DNA of 64,000 nucleotides from Camelus dromedarius (lineage: Eukaryota), in contig NC_087436.1 in the NCBI RefSeq assembly GCF_036321535.1, forward strand, positions 77,998,001 to 78,062,000, written 5' to 3'. A program made the position numbers and the translations under genes. Below, in pieces: positions 35,741 through 48,169 of this stretch; the first letter of the stretch is position 1; every line of letters begins with the position of its first letter. Under the pieces are notes generated by a model. The model was not told the origin of the DNA. It ran no database searches and saw only the letters and a program-made list of their open reading frames with translations.

Positions 35741-36564
35741 GCTCATCCTCTTCTCAGCCAACAGAGAAATAAACACTAAATGGTCCAGGGGCTTCTACCT
35801 GAGTCATATCTTGAGCTTCTCTGAGGCTCACTGCAGGGGGAATTCACACACTGCAAAGCCCACTGGAAGTGCTTTAGAGCTGGGATTATCTCTGAGCATT
35901 TTGATGCCCAGAACTGACTAAATCCCTTAGGACTCTTGTTTCCTTTAGGTTAAGCAGGAGCCAATTTCAAACTGTGTGGGAACCTTTTCCTGCCAGGCAT
36001 GGTATTTTATTTCAGCTTGAAGTTCTGTTTTTGAATGAAACCTTAAGAGACGTCTAACTTTTCTTTCCTTTTCTTTTTTTGGCTTAGATCTGATTTTATG
36101 TCCCTCCCAGCCTCTACTTCACTCTCACCCCAAAAGACTTTATTCTCTTCTTAAGAGATCATGCTAATGCATCAAGAAGAAATACACTAGGGGAAGGAAG
36201 CCAAAACCACCAGAGTAGAGAGACAGACACCAGCATGGAGGGAGAGTGTACTTCGCGTCTGGAAATTCCCTAATTCCTCCTTTGCTTCTCTACTGCTGAT
36301 ATTATTTTAACAAAAAGCAGAGCTGAAAATTTGGAGTGTGTAAGTAGAAGTCCTTAGCAAAATATAGCCCATAGCAAAGTGATGGTTTAATGAAACCTGG
36401 GGGGTGTGGTTCTGTTTCAAGTCAACCGGGTATTATTTTAACAAATTTGCTCAAGTCCTAAAGATTGGGAGCAAGCTTTACAGTTAGATCTCACACTCAG
36501 AGATCCGCTACCCACAGGCTCTGACTTGCAATCAGGGGCATTAATCTTGTTTGGTTCAGACGAG

Positions 36565-36720
36565 GCAGTACCGTGTGTGGCTGAGGTCATTCAGGAATAA
36601 ATCAGGGAACTCAGAGCTTAGCCACTCCCTTGCTCTGTGACTCCGGGTAAGTCACTTAGTTACAGGGGCCTGTTGATTGAAATGGTGTTGAATTCAATTC
36701 TCTTGAAATCTTTTTTCTCT
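36565..36720 (+). mobile_element. MIR fragment
   Basis: gccactcccttgctctgtgactccgggtaagtcactta. Confidence 0.6.
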
Positions 36721-36949
36721 AAGGTCATTGTTTCAAAAAAATTTTTAGTATTTTGAAGTTTTTTAGGTTTGTAATTATAAAATGATTTGTGTTCACTGAA
36801 GAAAAGTTAAACAAAATGAAGAAAAAGAGATCTCTGTAATATCACTGCCCAGAGATAACTGCTGTTAATATTTTGGTTTATTCCCCTAATTCTACTTTCT
36901 AACCATACGTATTTCTACATAGCATTTGAATACTAGGTACACGTATGAT

Positions 36950-37481
36950 GCGTCTCACCTGGGACTCTTATGCCTTAAGCATAAAGGGAGCTGATCTGTC
37001 TGGTCACCAGACTCAAGGGTGGCCCATTCTTAGACTGACTCAAGACTCTTGAGTTGCGGTCTGGCTCAGAAAGCCAAGCTGAGCCAGTCAGTGTAGGAAT
37101 TTGGAATTGGGAGGCTGAGAGGTGAAGCCAGTGAGTAATGAAGATGAGATGAACACACATGAGACATTAAAGAAGCTAACAAAAATATTTTGAACTATGT
37201 GCAAGCTGACATTATGAGACAACGAAAAAGCTATGTTTAAGGAGAGGGGGTTGGCGTGGGAGAGAAGTAGGGCACAGGCGTGCAGGGAGATGGCAAACCA
37301 GGGAAAACCTAGTAGCCTGAAAAAGAAGCCTTATGCTCCGTGATTTTCCAGATACAACTTCCAAGAGAGCTCTCTGAACTGACTCCTAGGCTTTGTATCC
37401 TCACGAGACTTCTGGAACACACTCAAAGCCCCTTTAATCTGAGCTGGGCCAGTGTCACAAATGGAAACCTGACTCAAAACA
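36950..37481 (+). mobile_element. Probable old MaLR LTR (MLT1M/N/O-like)
   Basis: ccaagctgagccagtcag...ggaatttggaattgg, ending aaacctgactcaaaaca. Confidence 0.5.
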
Positions 37482-38749
37482 ATTTAAATTTGAATTGACA
37501 TTTTTTAATTGACTATTTGAAATATTTCCCCAAGTTACTACATATGCTTTAAATACACAGTTTTTAATGGCTAAGTAATATTTCATTCATAATAATAATC
37601 ATTCATTCATACAGTATGAATACACTGTATAAGAAACCTGAATGACAATGAAGTTGACTACTTTTAATGCTATTAAAATTATTCCTTGAGTACTAAGAAA
37701 TCTAAGACCTGTGGTTGCCCAAATGATTCAGGAAGATCTCCAATGTTCTTTCATGAATCTTTTTTACCTACCAGATGTAGCAGCACACACACTACCACAC
37801 ACACACCAGTTCAGAGAGTAGAATTTAGTGTGGAGAAGTCTAGCCTGCCTTCAACAATCCCTTGAGTACTGTTTTCCTAACTGAACTGATTACAGACGTT
37901 TTTATGAGGGCTCAGTGGGTATTTTTCCAGCTTCCCCATGCCATTGGAGCTCATAATAAGGCAGGGAGAGCTCCACCCTAACCTGAACTTAGTCACAGGA
38001 CAGGAAAATCTGGGATAAAGGCCAGATGAGCAGGTTAGGCACACAGAATCAACACGTGCACCTAAACCCTAAATCTGCATTCTCTTTCTAATGGAAAGAC
38101 TGAAAGAATATAAAATGTCATGATTGTCCTTTGTAAGAAGAACAGAAACAGTTACCAGTTCATAGACTGGCACCAATGCTTGGTAAAATCTCGTATGAGG
38201 AATCTGTGCTCCACTCTCTGTTTCAAGATACAGTATCAAGTGCTGCTCTTTGTGGGTTTGGAACTTGTTTGGGAAAAAAGTTTATCACCTTCCCTTATAC
38301 AAATTTTATCAACACAGTAACTTGAAATTTCTCCTGTAGCTCTCCTTCCCAGCATAATAGGATATTCTATCTCGATGGGTTTTTTTCCAAACCCCTAAAC
38401 TCACACCAATGTTGTCACAAAATTACACCAATTCAGTATTTTCAAATACATGTGAAAGAGAAAACCCACAGGTGTAATTAGAGCAGCAGGGGCATCTCTG
38501 GATACGAAGTAGCCTTTCTTTGGGTGATCTGCCTTATCTTTTTTCAGGGAATGGTTGATGTAGCCAAATCAACTACGAAGTAAGAGACAGGGTTTCTGTG
38601 TTTATTTAGTATTATTTAGAAATGATCATGGGCCCATTTAAAGTTTAGTTCAGAGAAAGTGTGAGATGAAGTGTATAAAAGTGTGTTATTAAATTTTAAG
38701 CAATTTACAAGCAAAGTGATTTCCTTTTGCTGGAAGGTCAAGTAAGCAA

Positions 38750-38960
38750 AAAGGTCTAATGAACAGGACAGACTGACGTATCACAGACTTGGGTTCAAAT
38801 CCTATCTACGTGACCCTGGGCAAGTTCCTCACCATTCTGCATTTTAGTTTCCTCATCTATAGCATGGCAATATTGATGTACTGTATATTTCATCAAGGTT
38901 AAATGTATCCTGTATCAATAATGCCTTCTATACTAAGTTAATGAGAAGATTAAATAATGT
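38750..38960 (+). mobile_element. MIR SINE
   Basis: cagacttgggttcaaatcct...gtgaccctgggcaagtt...agtttcctcatctatagcatgg. Confidence 0.85.
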
Positions 38961-38974
38961 TAGTAATGTGGTTA

Positions 38975-39230
38975 ATGGATATTCTTGTCTTGTTTCTGAA
39001 TTAAACAGGAATGCCTCTGGTGTTTCAGACTGAGCTGTGCTATTGTTTTACAACATTATGTAAAAATATTCCTGGAAAATCTTCCAATCAAAATATAAGA
39101 AGCAAAATTGATTTTAACTCCTTTCTGATATTTTATTTCTAGTTACAGATAGTATAAATCTGCTTAGAAAGCCCCAGGAGAATCAACTAATAAAACATTA
39201 GAATTAATTTTTTTTTAAGAAGTTCAGTAT
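38975..39230. mobile_element. Degraded old L1 ORF2 pieces in opposite orientations
   Basis: 38975-39030 atggatattcttgtcttgtttctgaatt (minus-strand L1-like); 39135-39230 ttagaaagccccaggagaatcaactaataaaacattagaattaa (plus-strand L1-like). Confidence 0.5.
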
Positions 39231-39999
39231 CTTTCCCAGATAGGAGAGGTCTGTTTTTCAGCCTCATTTTTTAAGTTGCTATTTCTATCTTCTAGAATGT
39301 CTGTGCAAATTCTCACAAATAAAATTAAACAGCCAGTAGGGGAAAATATTTGTTTAAGAATATGATAAGATTACTTATATTTATTATGTGAGTTTAACCT
39401 TAATAGCAAACCTGGGCTATCTTATCCTCTCTTAAGGCCCTTTCTAGCCCAGTGACACATCCAAAAGAAACACAAGTCTAATTCCACGACCTTGAAGAGT
39501 AATGTATATACTCTATTGAAGATGGTTTTATTTGGCTTTGAGGGGCAGGGGTAGCAGCAAACATAAGATTTCACTGCATAAAACACAGGGAAATAGACTA
39601 AAGACCCTCTTTGCTTAGCCTTCTCATCAAAGCCTCATCAATCAGAGTAGAGTCTCATCTTCCTCATCATCCTTTTCCAAAACTGTAGCCCCATTCTGGA
39701 TTTTTTTTCTTTTCTCTCTCTTGCCAAATGTCTCTAAATTCTTGCTATTTTCATAACTTTTCCCCCCAATCAGTTATCTCCATGTCTCCACATTTAAAAA
39801 ATATATTTCCATGCCTTTTCTTATGTACATAAGTTTAGCCTGTGTTCTCCCAACCACACCTCACTCCAATTAGCAGAGCTAAAGGTTCAACACTCCTTCT
39901 TATGAGTAGAGAAAAAGGGACTGGAAAAGAGAGGAGGGGAAAGGTGGAAGGATGACAAACATTCGTGGTTTAACACAGCTTCCTTTTATCTAGTTACAC

Positions 40000-41350
40000 A
40001 TATAAAAGAAGTCAGTATAAAAATACTAAAAACTCCAAGAGAACATCCACTATATAGAAGCAGAAATATAAAAAACACACAGATACAGGAAAAAAAATCA
40101 ACCCCACTAGTAAACAATAGCAAATGAAAACATACCATGATTTAACTTAGCAAAGATTAAAAATTATAATAGTCAATGCTGATACAGGTATGGTGAGACT
40201 GACATTCTTACATAATGCTGGTAGAAATATAGACTGAACAATATGTTTGAAATGCAACTATGTAGTACATATTGTGTAATTTTAAAAGTTTCTAACTTTT
40301 GCCATTTCTAGGAATAATTATGAAGAAATAACAGAGAAACATACACAGATCTATGTATAAGTATGTTCATTATTTATTTTAGCATTAGTTATAATGACAA
40401 AAGCTAGAAACAACCAGAATGATCAGAGTTGGCTTGTTGGTAAAAATAATTTAAGCTCTAATGATACACTCAAATATTATTTATTAAAATAAAGATTTAA
40501 AAATCTATGTAATAACTTCAAAATGACACACGCACCCCAATGTTCATAGCAGCACTATTTACAATAGCTAAGACATGGAAACAGCCTAAGTGTCCATCAA
40601 CAGATGACTGGATAAAGAAGATGTGGTATATTTACACAATGGAATATTATTCAGCCATAAAAACCGACAACATAATGCCATTTGCAGCAACATGGATGCT
40701 CCTGGAGAATGTCATTCTAAGTGAAGTAAGCCAGAAAGAGAAAGAAAAATACCATATGAGATTGCTCACATGTGGACTCTAAAAAACAAACAAACAAACA
40801 AACAAAACACAAATACAAAACAGAAACAGACTCAAAGACATAGAATACAAACTTGTGGTTGCCAAGGGAGTGGGGGGTGGGAAGGGATAGACTGGGATTT
40901 CAAAATGTAGAATAAATAAGATTATACTATATAGCACAGGGAAATATATACAAGATCTTATGGTAGCTCACAGAAGAAAATGTGACAATGAATATATATA
41001 TGTTCATGTATAACTGAAAAATTGTGCTCTACAGTGGAATTTGACACAACATTGTAAAATGATTATAAATCAATAAAAAATGTTAAATAAAAAATAAAAA
41101 TCTATGTAATGATGTTATAAATGCTCATGCAATAATGTAAAGTTAAAGCTGACTGAATACTGTGTATGTTGAATAATCTCGGTTATATAACACAAATGTA
41201 TGCATAAGTAGGAAGAAAATACACCAAAATGTTACCTGTGGTTATCTTTGGATTGAGGGAATTTTTGTTTCCTTCTAACCTTCCCTGAATTTCCAAATTA
41301 CCCATAATGAGGAAGAACAAGGGAATATTACTTCCATAATCAGAAGAAGA
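40000..41350 (+). mobile_element. Old L1ME-type 3' region, interrupted by a younger L1
   Basis: ttagcaaagattaaaaa...acataatgctggtagaaatataga...tgtataagtatgttcat; resumes after 41110 with ggaagaaaatacaccaaaatgttacctgtggttatcttt. Confidence 0.75.
40514..41094 (+). mobile_element. Young camelid-type L1, 5'-truncated (about 580 bp), perfect 16-bp TSD
   Basis: Uninterrupted ORF2 C-terminus 40540-40782 (MFIAALFTIAKTWKQPKCPSTDDWIKKMWYIYTMEYYSAIK...); TSD taaaaatctatgtaat at 40498-40513 and 41095-41110. Confidence 0.97.
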
Positions 41351-42499
41351 GTTTTTTTTCTTAAGAACCAAGAAAAGATATCCAAATTCTATTGTAAATA
41401 ATCAAGTCAAATGCAATTACTATTTGTCATTAATTGATATTTCAAACTAACGGATGAAACTTAGACGAAATCTCTTGTCCCTGGGAGAGACTTTCTTGAG
41501 GATAGAGTATAATATTCAGGTCCCAGGTAACTTGACAAAGTTGGAGAGAACTGGGGAGAGAAAATTATAGTGTATAACTAAGTTGTATGGTTTCAGGAAA
41601 AGTCTTAGTTCCTTGTTCTAAATGATTAAGAAGGCAATGAATTATTAGAAGCCATTAAAGGTGAATTATTATTGTATTTATATTTTCCCATTTGTCTGAC
41701 ACAAGAGGTTTTTTTTAAAAAATCACTTTCTAACAAATTACCTCCACAGTTTTATCAACAAACAGTCACAACTTTCTTTGATAATTTGGGGTTGTTTTAT
41801 CATTCATCTTTTTTTTTTTCCTTGCATGACCATGGGAAATCATTGTTGGGTACCTGATGCTAATAATAGGATTTGATATTGACCAGATACAATTGCTTAC
41901 CACACAAGCCTGGATACATCAATTACAAATCGTGCACAGCATCTTAAAGCTGAAAGCAAACGTTGGAGAACCAACCTGGTTAATTTTAAGATCATAGCTT
42001 AACCAAATCATCCACTCCTTTACCCTTGCCCTCCATCTTGCAAACACATGTTAGTCACCTGGAAGAACTAGGTAAGAGGATTAAAATAATTAACAATAAA
42101 TCCATCTTCACAATTAGAAAACCATCTTAGAGTCTGCCCATTCTTAGAAAGTCCTGATGCCAGTATCGTTATGTATAATATACACAGATCACTTCTGGTC
42201 ATTAAACACATCCCATATGGTTGGGATTTTAAAAAGAAAAAACAGTCTCAGGGGATTCTTGGGTTTTCCTGCAGTATTCTAATTTTAGGGTAGTTCCAGA
42301 GCTGAACACTCATCCAACAGCCAACAATGCCTCTGGGGAACCCCTACAGCCAAACATGAGTTGAGTTCCTCTTGGGAAACAGCTTCTACCATTATAGAAC
42401 CTCACACCCACTCCATTCCAAGGCAGTCATGCTCCTCTGCTCAATCAGAGTGATTTCAGGACATCCAGCACATAAGGCAACTCAAGGCATGTGGGTGAC

Positions 42500-44250
42500 T
42501 ATACTTTTTGGAATTTACTTAAAAGAAGTTATTACAAAATATAATGCATTTATTTTAAAGGGAATGAAATTTGTATGTACAAATAAGAAATCACTATTAA
42601 GAAATAGTTATAAAGGAACACCCATATGGCCATCAACCAAATTAACAACATTGTCAACACCCCTAGAAGCACCCTTGTTCAACCCTCCCTCTCAGTTCAT
42701 TTTTTCCAAGCACTCCTTCTTCAGGCCCAGCAGGGATTCTTGGCCAGGATTTTATCAGCACTGGAGAAGTGTTAGAAAGACTTTCCAAAAATAGTTCTTA
42801 CTGTACAACACATGACACTTTTTTGGCATTTAATAAAAAGGCTGCTACTATTTTAAAAAATTTCTCTATTGATCATAGGAAATGATTGTTTTCCAGGACA
42901 TAAAAGGCATATATGTTCTAGAGAATTGCTCATTTTAGCGGTTCAAAAATTTTCAACTTGCTTTTTTTATGATTATTTCCAAAGGGATATTTTAAGCAAT
43001 TTGCATTTCCCCTTCTGATTTCTATGTTTATATCCTTTAGCTGTTGGGTTCTTAGTATTTGCCCTATCAGTACGTGTGTGTATATGTGTGTGTATACACA
43101 CACAAACACACACATATAAATGTATTAAAATGAATGTTAACTCTTTGTCTGCCATATTTGTAAGAAATATTTTCCCCAGTCTGTTGTTTAAGGCATAGAA
43201 ATACTTAAATTTGTTTATATAGTAGATTATATTAACCTTTGCCTTCATGATTTTTCCAACAACTATCAAGTAATCTAAACAGACATTTCCAAACATAAAC
43301 AAAAGTAAAGTGAATATTAAAATGAACCCAAGGTATTCATTACTCAGCACAATAACTGTCAACATTCTGCAATTCTTGTTTTATCTATCAGCTCCCTTCC
43401 CCTCATTGTTCTTTTGCTGAAGTGTTTTAAAGTAAACCTCAGACATAATATCATGTCACATGTAAGTACTTCAGAATATATACCTCTAGCTGATAAGAAC
43501 TTTTCAAATGACAACCAACACACTCAACACTGATAATAATTTCTTAATATCTAATATCCAGTCAGGCTCAATTTTCTCTAATTAAAAAAAATGTCACTTC
43601 AGAATTGGACTTTTGAGTCCAAATTCAAATAAGTCCATGTGCTGTACTTGGCTGATATGTCACTGAGGTTTCCCCTCCCTTTTAGGTTCCATGCCATGTA
43701 TTTGCTGAAGAAACTGGGTCATCATCTGTCCAAAGAAATATCCCATTTTCTGGATTTGGATGACTGTATTCTTGTGATGTCATTTACCACGTTTCTTTGT
43801 CCCTTGAATTGTCTACCAAGTGATAGTTGGATCTACAGATTTGATAAACTTCAGGTGTAAGTTTGGAGGGCAGAATACTTCATGGGAGGTGCTGTGAACC
43901 TGCCTTGGCATCATGTCATGGGACATATAATATGTGAATACTATCCCACGTTTAGCGATGTTAAAATTAACTACTGGTTGCAAAGATTGTCAGCCTGATC
44001 TATCCTTTATAAAATTCCTAATCAGCATTTGAGCTAACATTTTTAATGGTCATTGACATTTGTTTCCTAGATCCATTAGTGCACTAGGGTTCCAATACTT
44101 TTAAGCTTAAAGAGAATCTATTACAATATCAGATCATTAACTATTTTCCCAGGACATTATTGTGTGTGTATTTAAATATTCAAGTCTTGGATCAATCTGG
44201 AATTCACTTCAGTGTGCAAGGGAAATGAGGATTTAAATTGATTTCTTCTA
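42500..44250 (-). mobile_element. Composite of old L1M fragments (L1ME/L1MC-like)
   Basis: ttaactctttgtctgccatatttgtaagaaatattttccccagtctg; gtgttttaaagtaaacctcagacata; gatcaatctggaattcactt. Confidence 0.7.
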
Positions 44251-45522
44251 GAAAGGATGTATTCCAGAAAGGTCTTCAGACAAGTAGTCAAGATGGCCTT
44301 TATTACACTATGTACCTAGCAGTGGAATTTCTGACTGGCTATCATGCTTTTCCTAAGGGGGTCTCATACTGTCTTCCGAACATTCAATAATTTTTCCAAC
44401 ACTCTGGTTGTTCTGCCATTGGAACACTGATGAGAGACAGATTTCATTATTTGCAGAGACCCTATAGTAGGACTCAGACTAAGAATATCTGAGAACGTTG
44501 GAGCACTGTTACATTCTCTTATGGTAAGTAGCACGTCTACACCAGAAAGGAAGCTAAGGCATATGTGAGTACTCAGAGTTTTCTTCAATCACTAAGTTTT
44601 TGAATTTTCAAAACATCAGCATTTAATTTCTAAAAATTATCATTTTGCCATTGGGGGAAATAACCTTGAAAAATCTCCACACGTGATAGGATGACTCAGA
44701 TTGAAGCAGATGCAAAATTATACTTCCTCTTTACTTAAAGTGAAAGAACGGATTCACCTCTTTCTGTCTTCTCCTTAAACTGGCAGAAATGAAACTTATT
44801 GGCAGGATAATTATTTAGGTCATATTTTTTTTACCATCATAGGAAAAATGGTATTAGGTACTTGATTTTAATCAGGAATAAAAAAGCTATAAGGTTTTTC
44901 TCAGTGTTTCCCTGACTACAAAAATGTGTCATTCAAACTAATGCTAGGCTAATTGTGCAGAAATTGTAATCACTTTAGTTTTTGTTCAAGAACCATCCAT
45001 AGTGTCCAACTGCTTACAAAATCAAACTCAAATTCCTAGTTTCAAGTTCTTGCATTGCAGATCCCCCATCACCTAACCGCCCTTCTCCTGGCTCCCATTC
45101 TGCAGAGTAAGTCTTCAATATTCTCACACCAGTCTGTTCTCTGAGCCTGCTGTGCTTCTGCTAATCCCCAATATGAACACTTTTATAATTTCTCTCTACC
45201 AGTATAGATTCTAGCCTTTAAAAAATATATACATATCAAGTTTAAACTTATCTACAAGCATGCTCCTCGTGGCCCTTGTAGATTTATCCTTAAATATGTC
45301 TCTGTACAAACAGAATGGTATAGTTTAGCATGTACTTTTTTTTTTTTTTTTTACTGTTTACAGTGTATTTATTTTGGTTGCCTAACTAGATTGTACGAGC
45401 GAAAATAGTGTGTTTACATAGGACTTTATTTTTAGATCTTATTAAAATACAACTCTTCTGAATTTTAAAGGATCATTTTGATGATGGGCTTATTAAATCC
45501 ACAAATGGCATGACCCTAAGAG

Positions 45523-46027
45523 TGTGGTCGATTTTTAAAAATGGACACAATTGTCATGTTCTCCTTTCCTATCTAGACTCTTTGTAAAGTGACTTTGAAG
45601 CTCCTCTCATCAAGAGATGGTGTCTATTTCTCCAGCCTTTGAAGGTTCTGACCTTGGAATTGTTTTGGCCAATAGAACACAGGGAGAATGATGGCATCTC
45701 TGTCCTGACCTTAGGACACATGGGAACTCTCTTGGTTTCATTTGCTTTCTTGGGACCCCTCTTCTGACATGTGGACAAGTCTAGCCTGTTGGAGGATGAG
45801 AAACCATGTAGAGCAGAGACTACTCATCCCAGCTGAGGTTCTTCTAGACCCACCAGCCCCCAGCTGATCCGGCAGCTGATCACAGATGAATGAATCAGCC
45901 CAGTCAAATCCAAAAGAACCACTGAGCTGAGCCCAGTCTAAGTTCAGACATGCAGAATTAGAAGCCAAATTGTTATTTGAATCCACCAAGTTGGAGATGG
46001 CTTCGTACATGGCAAACAATGAATACA
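45523..46027 (+). mobile_element. MaLR solo LTR (MLT1G/H-like)
   Basis: tgtgg...gctcctctcatcaagagatggtgtctatttctcc...ttttggccaatagaa...gctgagcccagtcta...ending aatgaataca. Confidence 0.88.
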
Positions 46028-46532
46028 AAGGGTAAAAATTTTTAGATGGCAGAATCTTGATCCTAAAAGAGTTAAGCATTTTAAGACAATAAACTATACT
46101 ATGGAGATAAAATATAACTGAGTTAAGTAGAAAGCTCTGAATTCAAGTTCAAAAACCCAACTGTGTGAGTACAGGATAGCAGAGCTATAGCTTACCAACA
46201 TACACACAAAACACTCAGGGGCTTTGGTTGAGCACAAGCACATGACTCAACCTTGGGTTTCCACTCTTACAACAAAGCTAATATGATTTTATGCTGTGTT
46301 ACAAGTATAAGATGCTGAAGTCGGGTTTGTCCAGAGAACTGTGACCATGATGCTGAAAGGCCTAGAAACCATCTCACACAAGGAAAAATAGAAGGCAATG
46401 TAATTATGTATCCAGTAGAAAGACTGAAAGAGTAGAGTGGATAAGATAACTGTCTTCAACTATTTGAAGAGCTATCATGTGGCAAGAGACTGGACATGTT
46501 TAGTGTTATTTCATTAAGAATTAGGACCAATG

Positions 46533-46790
46533 TGTATCTGTTAATCACTATATATAAAAGAGATAAATAACAAAAACATACTGTACCACACAGGGAACTA
46601 TATTCAGTTTCTTGCAATGAGCTGTAACAGAAAGGAATCTGAAAATACATACATATAGAACTGAATATAACTGAATGAGTATAACTGAATCGCTTTGCTG
46701 TATACCTGAAACTAATATTGCAAATTGACTACACTTCAATAAAAAATAAGAATTAAAAAACAGGACACAATACAAAAAAAAAAAAAAAAA
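46533..46790 (+). mobile_element. 5'-truncated L1 3' UTR with short inverted 5' segment
   Basis: cacagggaactatattcag...ataactgaatcgctttgctgtatacctgaaactaa...cttcaataaaaaa; TSD aagaattaggaccaatg (46516-46532) / aagaactgggacccatg (46791-46807), 14/17 identical. Confidence 0.92.
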
Positions 46791-46864
46791 AAGAACTGGG
46801 ACCCATGAATAGAAGATATAGGAAGGTAGGTTTCAGGTCAACACAGGGAAGAAGCTGAGGGAGA

Positions 46865-47105
46865 GAGGCTGCATGTGTATACTGTTGAAGAATGCAGACC
46901 CAGTAGTCAAAGTGGGTCTTCTACTTACCAGCTGTGTGATGTTGGGGAGGTGCCCATTCCCCCCCTCCCTATCACCTGTAAAATGGAAATAATAACAGTA
47001 CCACTTTCCAAGGTTGTAGTAAAGATTAAATAGGATTTTTGAAGATAAAATGCTTAGCCCTGTGTCTGGCACATAGTAAGCACTCAATAAATTTTATTTA
47101 TTATC
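46865..47105 (+). mobile_element. MIR SINE, near full length
   Basis: ctctacttaccagctgtgtgatgttggg...acctgtaaaatggaaataataacagtacc...tggcacatagtaagcactcaataaa. Confidence 0.92.
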
Positions 47106-48169
47106 ATTAATATTAACAGCTATTTAAATACGACATGAACTGCCTCAGGAGGTGGAAAGCTCCCTCTAACTGGAGATATTCAGAGGAGGTTTGGCAGATA
47201 CTTGGGAGGATAGATTTTAACACTAGGTGAGAAGTTGGGCTAGCTGACATTTAAATTACCCTCCAATGCTGAGTGAGTAATTCCGTACCCCTTAAGACAG
47301 GATAACTTCCTTAGTATCTCCCAGAATACCTAGCACTATGATCCAATGATGTCTGTCTACTGCATTTAACGAACACTTTTTGGTTATATAATTATAGGCG
47401 TATATTTTTCTATAGTAAGAGTTGGTCCATGCTGAAATGAAATTGTGTGAGGATTCTTGATTTTTTCTTTTTTTGGTATCTCTTCGCCTCTTAAAGAAGT
47501 ATACCACTGAACTTTATTTTTATGATTACCTTATTAACTAAAACAAAAGAGTGTAAATTTTAGTGCTACAAACTCCTCTCTGTGGGACACTTAAATTGGT
47601 ATGTCCAAAGCTCTCATCTTTTCACACTTGGCATTTCTCTATCAGAATGTCCAATTTTAAACAGGTCAGATATTTTCAAGGTACAAAAGGCCAAACTTTC
47701 TCTCATGACTGACCTGCTATCCAAAGTCCAAGCTGGAGCCAGTAACCATTTTTCCTCCTCTTTGTACAGACAGCACCTGGAAACACTGACCATGATCACC
47801 CTCACCTTCTAAAGGCAGAGCAGGCGCTTCTAACTCCCACTGCAATTCTATTTAATAAAAGAGATCTGGTAGATTTACCTGACCAGGGTAATATGCCTAT
47901 ACCCTCAGTGATCTCATTGCTATCAGTTAATAGGACAGAATTCACATAGGCCAGGGGCTGTCTTTATGGTCTCCAACTGATGAAAATCTTTCCTTTGTTA
48001 TGATGAGCTTCAGCATAATAACAGGTATTAATCAACTGTGAGGAGTGTTAACTTTCCTCACTAATGAAAGTTTAGAGTCAGGTACACTGGCCAAGGAAAT
48101 CCTAAAATGTGTGAGTGGAGAGATGAGTTCTGGATTGTGGGTCTGAATGAGTTCTGAATTCTGGGTTGC

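Larger units (their letters stand above)
46080..47275 (+). mobile_element. CR1/L3 LINE 3' region carrying nested L1 and MIR insertions
   Basis: gtccagagaactgtgaccatgatgctgaaaggcctagaaacc...ataactgtcttcaactatttgaagagctatcatgtgg and actgcctcaggaggtggaaagctccctctaactggagatattcag match L3. Confidence 0.85.
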
